From: an uncultured virus (IMG/VR IMGVR_UViG_3300030524_000003)
Lineage: Duplodnaviria > Heunggongvirae > Uroviricota > Caudoviricetes
Length of the DNA: 64,000 bases
IMG/VR virus record: IMGVR_UViG_3300030524_000003
Reading direction: 5' to 3' (one strand)
The notes beneath the pieces are model-generated. The model had not been told where the DNA came from, searched no databases, and saw nothing but the letters and a program-made list of their open reading frames with translations. The number at the start of each line of letters is the position of its first letter. Position 1 is the stretch's first letter. Below are positions 1 to 8,207 of this stretch, one piece after another. A program made the translations under genes and the position numbers.

Positions 1-1
1 T

Positions 2-556
2 AAGATTGTCCTCGCCAATGCGGAAGCAGCACGCAAAAACACGGAGCCTTTCGCAAAGGTTGTATTGATAAATGTTGGAACAAGTTTGCCCGATTCTTCA
101 GGCATGATGGCTCCTCCGAAGTTTACGGCTGGTGTTCCATTTACGGTAAATTTCTCGTACCGTAACGCCGGAACTGAAGGAGCAAGCGACGTTTGGATGT
201 TTCTTGCCCTGTATGTTGCAAAGCCAGATGACGTTGATGCGCAGAATAGTCTCTCAAAGCAATTCGATGAAGATTGGAAGCTAAGAAAAATCAAACTAAC
301 TAATTCGGTGCTCCCTGCCGGAGCCATGCAGTTTTCTACATCACAAAACAATTTTTTATTTCTACCTTCGGTAGTCGGGGAGTTTAAAAGTGGGGAAAAA
401 ACCGTATACCTCTTCTTTAGGATTGAGTACACCGACGAACACGGAGAGTGGTATTCAGATTACTGCGCTGGCTATCAAAATCCGTTGGAAGGAAACGGAA
501 TAATGCATCCTTGTCTAATCAATACAAAGCAGAGATACAGCACTAAACAACATTGA
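2..556 (+). CDS. Hypothetical protein, 5'-truncated by the window edge
   Basis: Frame is open from position 2 (KIVLANAEAARK...) through the ORF-track start at 65; AT-rich. Confidence 0.6.
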   Translation, partial: KIVLANAEAARKNTEPFAKVVLINVGTSLPDSSGMMAPPKFTAGVPFTVNFSYRNAGTEGASDVWMFLALYVAKPDDVDAQNSLSKQFDEDWKLRKIKLTNSVLPAGAMQFSTSQNNFLFLPSVVGEFKSGEKTVYLFFRIEYTDEHGEWYSDYCAGYQNPLEGNGIMHPCLINTKQRYSTKQH

Positions 557-587
557 AGGAGCCATAAATGTGGAACCAGTTTATTGA

Positions 588-845
588 ATGGACTCTAAAT
601 TCAGGATGGTGGTTTGGCCCAATGTTAGTAACAATAAGTGGAACGTTGTTTCTGATTTCAAGGAGAATGAAGTGACGACCAACGGCGAAATATGGCTATC
701 TTTCGGATTAATATTCATGTTGTTTTGGGTTACGAATAGACACATAGAAAACCAGTTCAAGAGATTGCGATCTGAGCTAGCCGACTTAAAGGACTGCAAA
801 TATGGTCAGCTACCAACAGATCCACACACGGGAGACCCCAAATGA
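588..845 (+). CDS. Small single-TM hypothetical protein
   Basis: 85-aa ORF with hydrophobic stretch IWLSFGLIFMLFWV; its stop overlaps the next ATG (ATGA). Confidence 0.5.
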   Translation: MDSKFRMVVWPNVSNNKWNVVSDFKENEVTTNGEIWLSFGLIFMLFWVTNRHIENQFKRLRSELADLKDCKYGQLPTDPHTGDPK

Positions 846-2080
846 TTGCGATAGCAATGTTACTTCTCTTTCAGGCTGGTATTGCAGACAAACCTGCACC
901 ACAAACAATCGCACCACCCATCTGGAATGTCCATGTAATGCCTGCTACGATACCAACCCTTTTCAACATCTCCAAGCCGATAGAGAATCCACTGCAATAT
1001 CCTCCAGAGTGCATAGGATTCGGGGGCACGAGAAACTGCAATATGTATTCCATCGCGTTGCCTGATGGACGCACGCTGATCGTGAGACAGGACGGCGAGA
1101 TTGATATAGCCGGTATCGTCATCCCCGCCCCCGAGCCTGCGGCACCACCTGTCCAACATAAGACGCCAGCCGAACCTACCACAAGAGGTGATGAGGGCCC
1201 TTGTGCAGGCAGCAAAGGTCACAAGACTCTGGAGTGCATAACGATGGATGAAGTTGTTATCGTTTGCGACTGCAATAACTATCTACCTACCGCATCTGAT
1301 GCTATCGAAGCCTCGGCACCACCTGTCCAACATAGCTCGGCGACGCAAGGCGAGACCGGGTGGGACATTTGCTATCACCACGCCGACACTCCTGAATGGA
1401 ATGAGATTTGCCGCAAGGACGATTTAGCACCTGTCCAACATAAGACGCCACCAGCAACACGGAGCGAAGTAGAGCAACAGATATTTGAACACTGCCTCAC
1501 TGTGACACGCACCACCGCGAATGACGAATTGTGTGGACAGAACCCCGACGCTCAAAGTTTTTCGGATGAATCTACCGTGGGTTCGAGGATCTGCGTAGTA
1601 TTTCTCGGGCAAGATAGAACTCGTCCCTGCACGCAAAAAGAAGCTAGTACTCCAACGAGTTGGATGGCTGGAGAGATAAACGTTGACGACCGCGAGGCAC
1701 CTCCTGAATCAAAACCACCTATTGGCTGCGACGTACTTACCCTTCAAGGATGCGAGTACCTGAACCTCTTTCCTAAATCTGTGCACTGTCCCAAAGGATT
1801 AGCGGCAGACAGCGAAGGATGGTGCGTGCAGGAACCAAAAAGATCCGCCGCATCCGCAACCTCCTATTATGGATTCACAGACAAGCCATATAACCCCGTT
1901 TATGTGAAGAACTGCTCTAACCAGTTCGTTCCCATCTACTCAGACTCGAAACTCACAACAGTGCTTCCCAACCCTTTCACGTCGTCCCGCGACAGCAGTT
2001 TTACCGTCTTCATTACAGAAGACTGCGCTCGGGTAAGGGTGACCGAAAAGGATGTATGGGTGGAAATGCGTCGCTTTTAA
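842..2080 (+). CDS. Secreted Cys-rich modular protein with APPVQH(KTP) linker repeats
   Basis: Signal-like N-terminus MIAIAMLLLFQAG, many paired Cys, three repeated linkers. Confidence 0.65.
   Translation: MIAIAMLLLFQAGIADKPAPQTIAPPIWNVHVMPATIPTLFNISKPIENPLQYPPECIGFGGTRNCNMYSIALPDGRTLIVRQDGEIDIAGIVIPAPEPAAPPVQHKTPAEPTTRGDEGPCAGSKGHKTLECITMDEVVIVCDCNNYLPTASDAIEASAPPVQHSSATQGETGWDICYHHADTPEWNEICRKDDLAPVQHKTPPATRSEVEQQIFEHCLTVTRTTANDELCGQNPDAQSFSDESTVGSRICVVFLGQDRTRPCTQKEASTPTSWMAGEINVDDREAPPESKPPIGCDVLTLQGCEYLNLFPKSVHCPKGLAADSEGWCVQEPKRSAASATSYYGFTDKPYNPVYVKNCSNQFVPIYSDSKLTTVLPNPFTSSRDSSFTVFITEDCARVRVTEKDVWVEMRRF
1141..1450 (+). repeat. Three intragenic direct repeats, core CACCTGTCCAACATA (at about 1141-1168, 1315-1334 and 1427-1450)
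   Basis: Seen directly in the sequence; they encode (A)PPVQH(KTP). Confidence 0.85.
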
Positions 2081-2433
2081 GGGTAGAGAATTAGGTTCGC
2101 CAGCGAAGCGTTAGAACTTCCAGTTGTGGCCGCCTCGTAAGGCTCGATCGTCCTCTGGACAAAACCACAGAGCGGGCAGGTAAGCAGCGCCACGCTAGTC
2201 GCGTTGTCGTAGTCGTAATCGCGAAACACCATACACTGATTCGCTGAGTGGCCGCAGCCGAACGAATACTGGCCCGAAAGTTCGTTGAAGGGCTCGGTCG
2301 AGAAGTAATCCACGTTAGCACTGGCCTGCTGCGGGAATACGGTCGTAAATAGGCCGCCCGGCTGCGTCCAGAAGCCACCGATTCCCCCCGGCTGGGGGTA
2401 GAGACCTCCGACAACCCAATCGTTCGCTGGCAT
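2077..2433 (-). CDS. Hypothetical protein with a possible Zn-binding motif (CGH...C...CPLC)
   Basis: 118-aa ORF that follows the upstream minus-strand gene closely. Confidence 0.6.
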   Translation of the reverse strand: MPANDWVVGGLYPQPGGIGGFWTQPGGLFTTVFPQQASANVDYFSTEPFNELSGQYSFGCGHSANQCMVFRDYDYDNATSVALLTCPLCGFVQRTIEPYEAATTGSSNASLANLILYP

Positions 2434-2438
2434 AGGCC

Positions 2439-2663
2439 CTAGCTGCTCATGCAGTAGCTTTGGATCGCGCCTTCGACCTGCTGTTTTAGATACTCAGGGA
2501 AGCTCTGGCCGGCGCCTTCCGCCCAAGCCTCGAGCACGTTAACGTCGTCAGCCGCGACCAGAACGTTGATGTTGACCGAGCCATCGGGGTTTTTGACGTA
2601 GCCGGTGGCCTGCTGCTTCATCTCGGCCGAGATTTTCTGGAGCTGCTCTTTCAGGTCTGGCAT
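2439..2663 (-). CDS. Hypothetical protein, 74 aa (MPDLKEQLQK...)
   Basis: GAGGAAACAA-ATG ribosome-binding site at 2663; the longer ORF-track N-terminus overlaps the neighbouring gene. Confidence 0.65.
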   Translation of the reverse strand: MPDLKEQLQKISAEMKQQATGYVKNPDGSVNINVLVAADDVNVLEAWAEGAGQSFPEYLKQQVEGAIQSYCMSS

Positions 2664-2676
2664 TTGTTTCCTCGTC

Positions 2677-2967
2677 TTACTGCTTGGGTGGGTCTTCGTG
2701 GAGTACGGCCTTCGCCAGAGGGCTGTCAGGAACCTCGTGCGACGGTACAGATACAGGGATAGGACTTCCAGGCACAACAGCCTCGGTGGTGCCGGCATCC
2801 TTAGTGATCGCGGCAATCCAAATCTTGCCGATAATCTGCGCCGCGCCGATCCAGAGGATGACCTTCGGCGGGACCAGCGCGTTGAGAGGTGGGGCAAGGA
2901 AAGCGGCCGATGTCGCAAGGGTAGTGGTCAAAATACCCGAAACTGTTGATTTCCAGTGAGTGAGCAT
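2677..2967 (-). CDS. Small two-TM membrane protein, holin candidate
   Basis: WKSTVSGIL...TM...TM-KDA pattern seen in small phage membrane proteins; GAGGAAA RBS. Confidence 0.5.
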   Translation of the reverse strand: MLTHWKSTVSGILTTTLATSAAFLAPPLNALVPPKVILWIGAAQIIGKIWIAAITKDAGTTEAVVPGSPIPVSVPSHEVPDSPLAKAVLHEDPPKQ

Positions 2968-3041
2968 TGGTCGTTTCCTCCCCGTACCACCAAAGAGTTC
3001 CACATCAGCTCTGCAATTTCAAGCGGTTCGCCAGTATTTTC

Positions 3042-3070
3042 TTGTGCGCGATGCTTGCATGAAGTATTCT
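3042..3070 (+). promoter_or_regulatory. sigma70-like promoter TTGTGC-17-TATTCT with ATGCTTGCAT (3051-3060) in the spacer
   Basis: Canonical 17-nt spacing, directly upstream of the J-domain gene. Confidence 0.65.
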
Positions 3071-3095
3071 GCTGGCGAGACGAGGAATCTCACAC

Positions 3096-3695
3096 ATGAA
3101 GAAATTGGATGTGATTGAAGAGGCAAAACTGCGCTGGCCCGATGGCTGTAAGCGTACGCGAATTCAAGATCGTAAACCGCAGTCAGCGTGGAAGTTTGGG
3201 ACTGCGAAGTACCGCGACGGGCTCGTTGCCGAATTGACCCGGATGGGAGCCACCTCCGTGCTCATCTGCCGCGCTGAAAACGAACGACTCGACCCTGGCG
3301 TCGCGGTGTGGTTCTCCCTAAAGAAAGAAGACTTTTCCTGGCAACAAACGTTGGGGATCGACAACCCTGCGCCAACACTCGACGAAATCGACACAACGTT
3401 TCGGGACCGGGCAAAAAAGTGCCACCCGGATGCTCCTGGCGGCGGAGATCCCGCGCTCTTCAAGAAGCTAAACGAAGCGCGTATTCAGGCGAAGGCTTGG
3501 ATTGGCGGCACACACGACCAGCGCCACGAGTACGTTATGGCAATTGACCAGTATTCGGAATCGCGGCTAAACCTGTGTGCGCTCAAGTTGTCATTTTCCT
3601 ACATCCGCGGCCTTGAGCGTGTTGGCGCTCCGGCCATTCTTACTCAAACGCTCGGTGCGTTCCGTGCAAAGTTGACCGGAGGGTCCAATGTCTAG
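3096..3695 (+). CDS. Phage J-domain (DnaJ-like, HPD) protein
   Basis: LRWPDG..RT and DPGVAVWF motifs of phage J-proteins; WQQTLGI...RAKKCHPD...FKKLNEA J-domain. Confidence 0.8.
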   Translation: MKKLDVIEEAKLRWPDGCKRTRIQDRKPQSAWKFGTAKYRDGLVAELTRMGATSVLICRAENERLDPGVAVWFSLKKEDFSWQQTLGIDNPAPTLDEIDTTFRDRAKKCHPDAPGGGDPALFKKLNEARIQAKAWIGGTHDQRHEYVMAIDQYSESRLNLCALKLSFSYIRGLERVGAPAILTQTLGAFRAKLTGGSNV

Positions 3696-4161
3696 TCTCG
3701 CAGTGGTGACTCCCGCAAATCCTCAAGCGAGAATTGACTCGCTTGAGCGCGACCTCTATCAGCGCAACCGCGAAATTGCTGACCTTCGGGAAGAGCTTCG
3801 AATTGAGCGGGGGAAAACCGCACAGATGGAATCAGGCGTTAAGGGCGTCCGAGACCTTCTCTCTCCGCTCTACAAGGCGCTTCGATTGACCTTTGGTGAG
3901 ATCGACGCAATGGGACTCGGTGAAGCGCGGCCCGTAAATGCTCCAAAGAATGCAGCAGCGTGGGAGCAGTGGAAACAGCGGCTCGGTGGAGCCACAGCCC
4001 GCGCAATTGACGCTCTAATGCTCCATGGAGAGATGACGCAAGGGCAACTGCGCATCATTCTTGGCTGCGCCACGCGGACGGCGCAAAACGTGGTCGCGTC
4101 ACTCAGCCAAGCCAAGTTGATCGATAAGAACAACGGCAAGATCCGGCTCAAAGAGCTTTAG
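3688..4161 (+). CDS. Coiled-coil plus C-terminal winged-HTH protein
   Basis: Heptad-rich N-terminus; MTQGQLRIILGCATRTAQNVVASLSQAKLI wHTH-like C-terminus. Confidence 0.6.
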   Translation: MSSLAVVTPANPQARIDSLERDLYQRNREIADLREELRIERGKTAQMESGVKGVRDLLSPLYKALRLTFGEIDAMGLGEARPVNAPKNAAAWEQWKQRLGGATARAIDALMLHGEMTQGQLRIILGCATRTAQNVVASLSQAKLIDKNNGKIRLKEL

Positions 4162-4490
4162 GCTCCAAGCAGAGCCTTGACCTCGTCGATCGCGGTGCCA
4201 GCGGCTACCATTTCAGTCGTGTAGCGGAAAACCCTCCAGCCTAGCCGGGCGGCGGCGTTGTACTTGGAGCAGTCATTTACAAAACCCTGACCGCGAGAGT
4301 GGCGCGACTTGCCGAACGCTGTACCTCCCTCAATCTCCACGCCAATCATCTGGTCGGGCCATGCGAAATCGAACCGCCACTTTCGCCCCTCGACGAATTC
4401 ATACTCGCGCACTGGCCCTAGACGCATGGCGCGGCAATGCAGGGCGAACGTTTCTTCTCCTACGCTGGGAGCCGTTGGGATTCTCGGCAT
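4158..4490 (-). CDS. PD-(D/E)XK endonuclease (DUF559/Vsr-like phage family)
   Basis: EYEF..GRKWRFDFAWP...VEIEGG...D..KYN.A..LGWRV.R motifs. Confidence 0.8.
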   Translation of the reverse strand: MPRIPTAPSVGEETFALHCRAMRLGPVREYEFVEGRKWRFDFAWPDQMIGVEIEGGTAFGKSRHSRGQGFVNDCSKYNAAARLGWRVFRYTTEMVAAGTAIDEVKALLGA

Positions 4491-4494
4491 AGAA

Positions 4495-4968
4495 TTACGC
4501 GGCATTCAAGAGTGCTATATCGTCGGCTGCGCGGTTTGGCACCTGCTGAGCCCACAGGGATTGCCCGGCGTAGATGGCGGCCTGCTTGTAGTTTCCGGCA
4601 TTGATCGCGCCGATCTCGCGATGGAACTGGCTGAAGGTCGGCAGGCCCATATTGAAAACTTGATCGACGATCACCGCCTGGACGTTGTCGGGCATCGTCA
4701 TGAAGGTCGGAAACAGGGTCATCGCCTCGGAGACTGCCTCGTGGAACTGGTAGTCGAATATCTCGTCGATCTGCGCGTCTGTCAGCGTGGCCGTGCCGTC
4801 TAGCAGTCCCGGAAGGCTTATCCCGAAGTGATCGCAGATGTCTTGCGCGTCAGCGTCACGAAGGTTGAACCCGATTCCGATTGTTGGAATGCCCTTCGAA
4901 TCTAAGTACACCGCCGCCCGGCGTCCCTCGTGCTTTGTGATTAGCTGCTGGATAAATGGCTCGTTCAT
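4495..4968 (-). CDS. Endolysin, GH24 (T4-type) lysozyme
   Basis: HEG-RR-AVYLDSKGIPTIGIG catalytic E-D-T motif, FNMG, W..QVPNRA. Confidence 0.9.
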   Translation of the reverse strand: MNEPFIQQLITKHEGRRAAVYLDSKGIPTIGIGFNLRDADAQDICDHFGISLPGLLDGTATLTDAQIDEIFDYQFHEAVSEAMTLFPTFMTMPDNVQAVIVDQVFNMGLPTFSQFHREIGAINAGNYKQAAIYAGQSLWAQQVPNRAADDIALLNAA

Positions 4969-4976
4969 GCAAGCAT
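4967..4976. promoter_or_regulatory. ATGCAAGCAT motif overlapping the endolysin start codon
   Basis: Exact copy of the recurrent motif, between divergent genes. Confidence 0.6.
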
Positions 4977-5012
4977 GATAGTCTAATTGCGACTTCACGG
5001 AAAACTCTTTTT

Positions 5013-5441
5013 ATGGACATTTTGTGGGCAGTTACGATCGCCGCAAACACCACCCTCCTACTCCTGCTGCTCCGGCGGAAAGAGTACCTCGACCTGCCGT
5101 TCCTGACGTTCCTGGTCGGCTTTAACGTCATCACGGCGCCGATCATGTGGGTGCTCTACGACCGATTTCCCGACATGTACGCCATTGTCTACGACCCCAA
5201 GGTCTACTGCATGTTCGTCCTGTGGTTTGCTGTCACGCTTGAGGCTTACTATATGGGCGAGGGAAAGATCGCGACGCCAGTAGAACTCTATGCGCTCATC
5301 AAGGTGTTTGCCGCAGTATTCAGTCACGCTGGCCTCGTTCAGGCAGCGTATTGGATCAATAATAGTATGCGGATCTTCAATCTGGCGGTAATCTTGTGGT
5401 GGATTTCTATCTTTGCGAGAGAGGAGAGAACCTATGAGTGA
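5013..5441 (+). CDS. Multi-pass membrane protein (about 5 TM)
   Basis: MDILWAVTIAANTTLLLLLLRRK..., several hydrophobic helices. Confidence 0.7.
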   Translation: MDILWAVTIAANTTLLLLLLRRKEYLDLPFLTFLVGFNVITAPIMWVLYDRFPDMYAIVYDPKVYCMFVLWFAVTLEAYYMGEGKIATPVELYALIKVFAAVFSHAGLVQAAYWINNSMRIFNLAVILWWISIFAREERTYE

Positions 5442-5541
5442 CCACAAAAAGCCGTGTGATCCACCCAAGCCCGTTGATCCATCGGAAGATCCAGAGCCAG
5501 ACATCGACGGTGGAGAACCGGCACCCCCAATCAGGCATTGA
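5434..5541 (+). CDS. 35-aa Pro/Asp-rich peptide (MSDHKKPCDPPKPVDPSEDPEPDIDGGEPAPPIRH)
   Basis: GAGGAG RBS, overlaps the stop of the membrane gene, followed by a terminator-like hairpin; below the ORF-track cutoff. Confidence 0.5.
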   Translation: MSDHKKPCDPPKPVDPSEDPEPDIDGGEPAPPIRH

Positions 5542-5544
5542 GTG

Positions 5545-5571
5545 AAACGCCTCCATTTCGGGGGCATTTTA
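5545..5571 (+). terminator. Intrinsic terminator-like hairpin between convergent genes
   Basis: GCCTCC-ATTTC-GGGGGC followed by ATTTT. Confidence 0.45.
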
Positions 5572-5886
5572 CTTTAAGTGGGTCGCTACCTGGGCGATAA
5601 GGATTATCAGTCCGGTGACGGTGGCGAGTGCGGCACCCAGCAGGAGGTTCATCTTGGTATCTTTGCGCTGCCGGTCTTCCTTCTCGGCGATCGCCCGATT
5701 CGTGTTTACCAGTTCGAGATTTGTCAAACGGCCCTCCGCTTCTTTCATTCGAGTAGTTAAACCAGGCAGACCGTTGCCTCGGTAGAGGTCTTTTTCGTGC
5801 TGTTCTACAAGAGCTGCAACACTGCGAGGTCTCTCTTCGTAATGTTCAACTGACACATTGATCCCCCCAGCGAAAATAACCATCAC
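5569..5886 (-). CDS. C-terminally anchored coiled-coil membrane protein (holin/XhlA-like); start possibly GTG 5856
   Basis: LYRGNGLPGLTTR motif, coiled coil and one C-terminal TM, a common phage lysis-region architecture. Confidence 0.55.
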   Translation of the reverse strand: MMVIFAGGINVSVEHYEERPRSVAALVEQHEKDLYRGNGLPGLTTRMKEAEGRLTNLELVNTNRAIAEKEDRQRKDTKMNLLLGAALATVTGLIILIAQVATHLK

Positions 5887-5982
5887 CCGTAGGCTGCCCC
5901 ATTACTGGGCCGATGGTAAACAGGTCTTAGTGTCCTTCACCTGCCGTTGATTATTCAACACTTACGCGCATAAAATCTTTTG

Positions 5983-7845
5983 CTACTGTGATACCGCTCT
6001 TCCGGTGAGTCCTACAGGCCCTAAGATTGATGAGGTTACGCCGAGAAATTGCGCCGCGCCGGCCGAGGTTGGGTTCACTCTCGCCTTGCCAAAGTAGTCG
6101 GTTACGATCCCCGAGATAAGCGGAGATGACGCTCTGGCCGGCGAACTCGAGCTTAGGTTGAAGTTGAAAGCGTCCCCAAAACTGTCGCCTACGTTCGTCG
6201 TGGGGGGAGCCTCACCCACCAGGAGCGGGTCGACGCACTGGTCCGTGCCAGCGCAGGTGTAGCCGAAATAGTTGTAGATTGTGTTATTGCTCTGCTCTGT
6301 CGCGGTTAGCGTATTCCAGACCGTCGGCGTGTGGACTGAGCCGGTGTTCGTATTTAGGTATCCAACCATTACATTGTTGTCGAGGTCGAAGATGCAGCTC
6401 GTGCAGGTGCCGGTGCCCTGAATTTGGAAGTCGATCTGCACCCCGGTATAGGTGTACATAAAACTGTTTTGTATCTTGATGGTCTCATTTGAGCCGCCAC
6501 CCAGCCAGTTGACGCCAACCGTGTCGCCAGCCGCTCGGCAGAGGTCCGTCGTTGGGTACGTGAATCCGGCCGGCAACCCCGTGATCGTAGCCGCGGCGCG
6601 GCGGCAATTCCCGAGCGAGACGCTGTTGATAATCGAGGCAGACTGACCGCCCGATTTGAACGTGCCGCCGAAGTTTCCCCAGCAGATCGAAGCGGTGAAC
6701 GTCACCGATCCCGGCTGCTGGTTGTGGCCAACATCGTGACAGTCCTGCGCGTTGAAAGCGCCGGTAAAGTTTGTCACCGTAAAGGTTCCGAAGCTCGAAC
6801 CGGGAGTCGCCACGCCGTCGCCGTCGCCACCGATACTCTGCGACGAGACAAGATCAACCGGGATCGCTGTGACAAAGGGCCATTTTTGGTTATAGCCATT
6901 GAAGTCTACCGTAACGTTGGTCTCTACAATCTGAGCGCCAGCCGGGAGCGGATCGGTTCCGTCGTCGAAGTTAATTCCAGCCTCGATATTGTAAGAGGCT
7001 CGAACGTTGTTCAGCTTTACGAGCCCCGTCGCACTGATGGGCCCAATGGTTCCAGAGTCCTGCATACCTGAAATCCAGACGTCTTGGATGTTGCAGCCGT
7101 ATGTTCCCGTACAGGATGTCGAACTGAAGCGGATCCCCTCTGAAGCGTAATTCGAGAGCGGCGGCGCGTCCGATGGCGTCTGGCAAAACGGCACCGTGGT
7201 CACCGAGCCGGTGTAGTGGATAATGCAGTCGCCGTGCGTGGTGATGTGAATGCACTCGACATCCACATTTGTAGTTCCACTCAAGTCGATTACAGTGTTG
7301 GCCCCGAAATCGCCATACATCTCAAACATCTTCGTTGGGTCGGGCACGAGGGTCATGTAAAGTCCCCCAGGGATCAACGCCATGGTCGAGCAGTTGCCGT
7401 GATTCGCACCCCAGATGTGCGTAGGATTCGCTGTTGTTCCTGCTGGCGGTGGAGGTGCCCCACAACTGCTGCCGACGCCCTGGCACCATGTAAAACCAGC
7501 GCCACACCCAGCGCCAGAGCAAGGTCCGCCGAAGTCCCACCCAATACGGTTTGGAGGCCCAGTCGAAGCCGCCACGAGTCCTGAGACTGCAGCGATCGAG
7601 GCCGCCGACTCCAGGATGACGGTGTCGCCACCCGCAATGATCCACGCAATTGTTCCTGCCTGATTATCCCAGAGCCACCGCGCATCCTTGAAGCCACATG
7701 GCTGGCCTGTGCCTGTGCCGGAGTAAGCTGCGTCGGTCGTCCCGGTGCATTGCGATCGCGTTCCGCCGTCTGCGCGAACATACCAGGTTGCAGCATTCAG
7801 CATCGGGCAGAACAAGAGTAGGGCGAGCCACCTGAAACTCTTCAT
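5983..7845 (-). CDS. Secreted right-handed beta-helix (pectin-lyase-fold) protein, spike/depolymerase-like
   Basis: Signal peptide MKSFRWLALLLFCPMLNA; TWYVRADG start; Asn/Gly-rich coil repeats; FNLSSSSPA...DYFG.AR ending. Confidence 0.7.
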   Translation of the reverse strand: MKSFRWLALLLFCPMLNAATWYVRADGGTRSQCTGTTDAAYSGTGTGQPCGFKDARWLWDNQAGTIAWIIAGGDTVILESAASIAAVSGLVAASTGPPNRIGWDFGGPCSGAGCGAGFTWCQGVGSSCGAPPPPAGTTANPTHIWGANHGNCSTMALIPGGLYMTLVPDPTKMFEMYGDFGANTVIDLSGTTNVDVECIHITTHGDCIIHYTGSVTTVPFCQTPSDAPPLSNYASEGIRFSSTSCTGTYGCNIQDVWISGMQDSGTIGPISATGLVKLNNVRASYNIEAGINFDDGTDPLPAGAQIVETNVTVDFNGYNQKWPFVTAIPVDLVSSQSIGGDGDGVATPGSSFGTFTVTNFTGAFNAQDCHDVGHNQQPGSVTFTASICWGNFGGTFKSGGQSASIINSVSLGNCRRAAATITGLPAGFTYPTTDLCRAAGDTVGVNWLGGGSNETIKIQNSFMYTYTGVQIDFQIQGTGTCTSCIFDLDNNVMVGYLNTNTGSVHTPTVWNTLTATEQSNNTIYNYFGYTCAGTDQCVDPLLVGEAPPTTNVGDSFGDAFNFNLSSSSPARASSPLISGIVTDYFGKARVNPTSAGAAQFLGVTSSILGPVGLTGRAVSQ

Positions 7846-7852
7846 GGTTCTC

Positions 7853-8206
7853 CTATCGGACAGAGACTACAAACGCCCCTTCGGTCATGGCAACTTTGTT
7901 CAGCGCGGCCGCCAAAATCGGCTGCTTCACCTGGCCCGCGTGGTAAGCGACATAGAGGCGGTCGGCATCCTTGAGCGCTTCGCTGAAGGCGTCCAAAGCC
8001 TCGTGTTGGGGTAGGGTTAGCGTAGCTGCATGCATCGACGTCGAGCCTTCGAATGCGTGGGCTTCAGCGAGCGAGGAGTACACGCCACAGTCGAAGTCCG
8101 CAACGTTGCAGGGTGCCATCGCAGATGCGGCAGTGTGGACTCGCGCAGACTTGCACCCGCCGAGGCAGAGTGCAAAGAAGAGGACGCAGGGGGTAAGGTT
8201 TCTCAT
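7853..8206 (-). CDS. Predicted lipoprotein (possible spanin component)
   Basis: MRNLTPCVLFFALCLGG-C lipobox. Confidence 0.55.
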   Translation of the reverse strand: MRNLTPCVLFFALCLGGCKSARVHTAASAMAPCNVADFDCGVYSSLAEAHAFEGSTSMHAATLTLPQHEALDAFSEALKDADRLYVAYHAGQVKQPILAAALNKVAMTEGAFVVSVR

Positions 8207-8207
8207 G

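Noticed and set aside
1141..1450. Direct repeats with unique spacers as a CRISPR array
   Set aside because: Only three unequal repeats, spacers of about 90-150 bp, all in frame within a CDS, and no cas genes.
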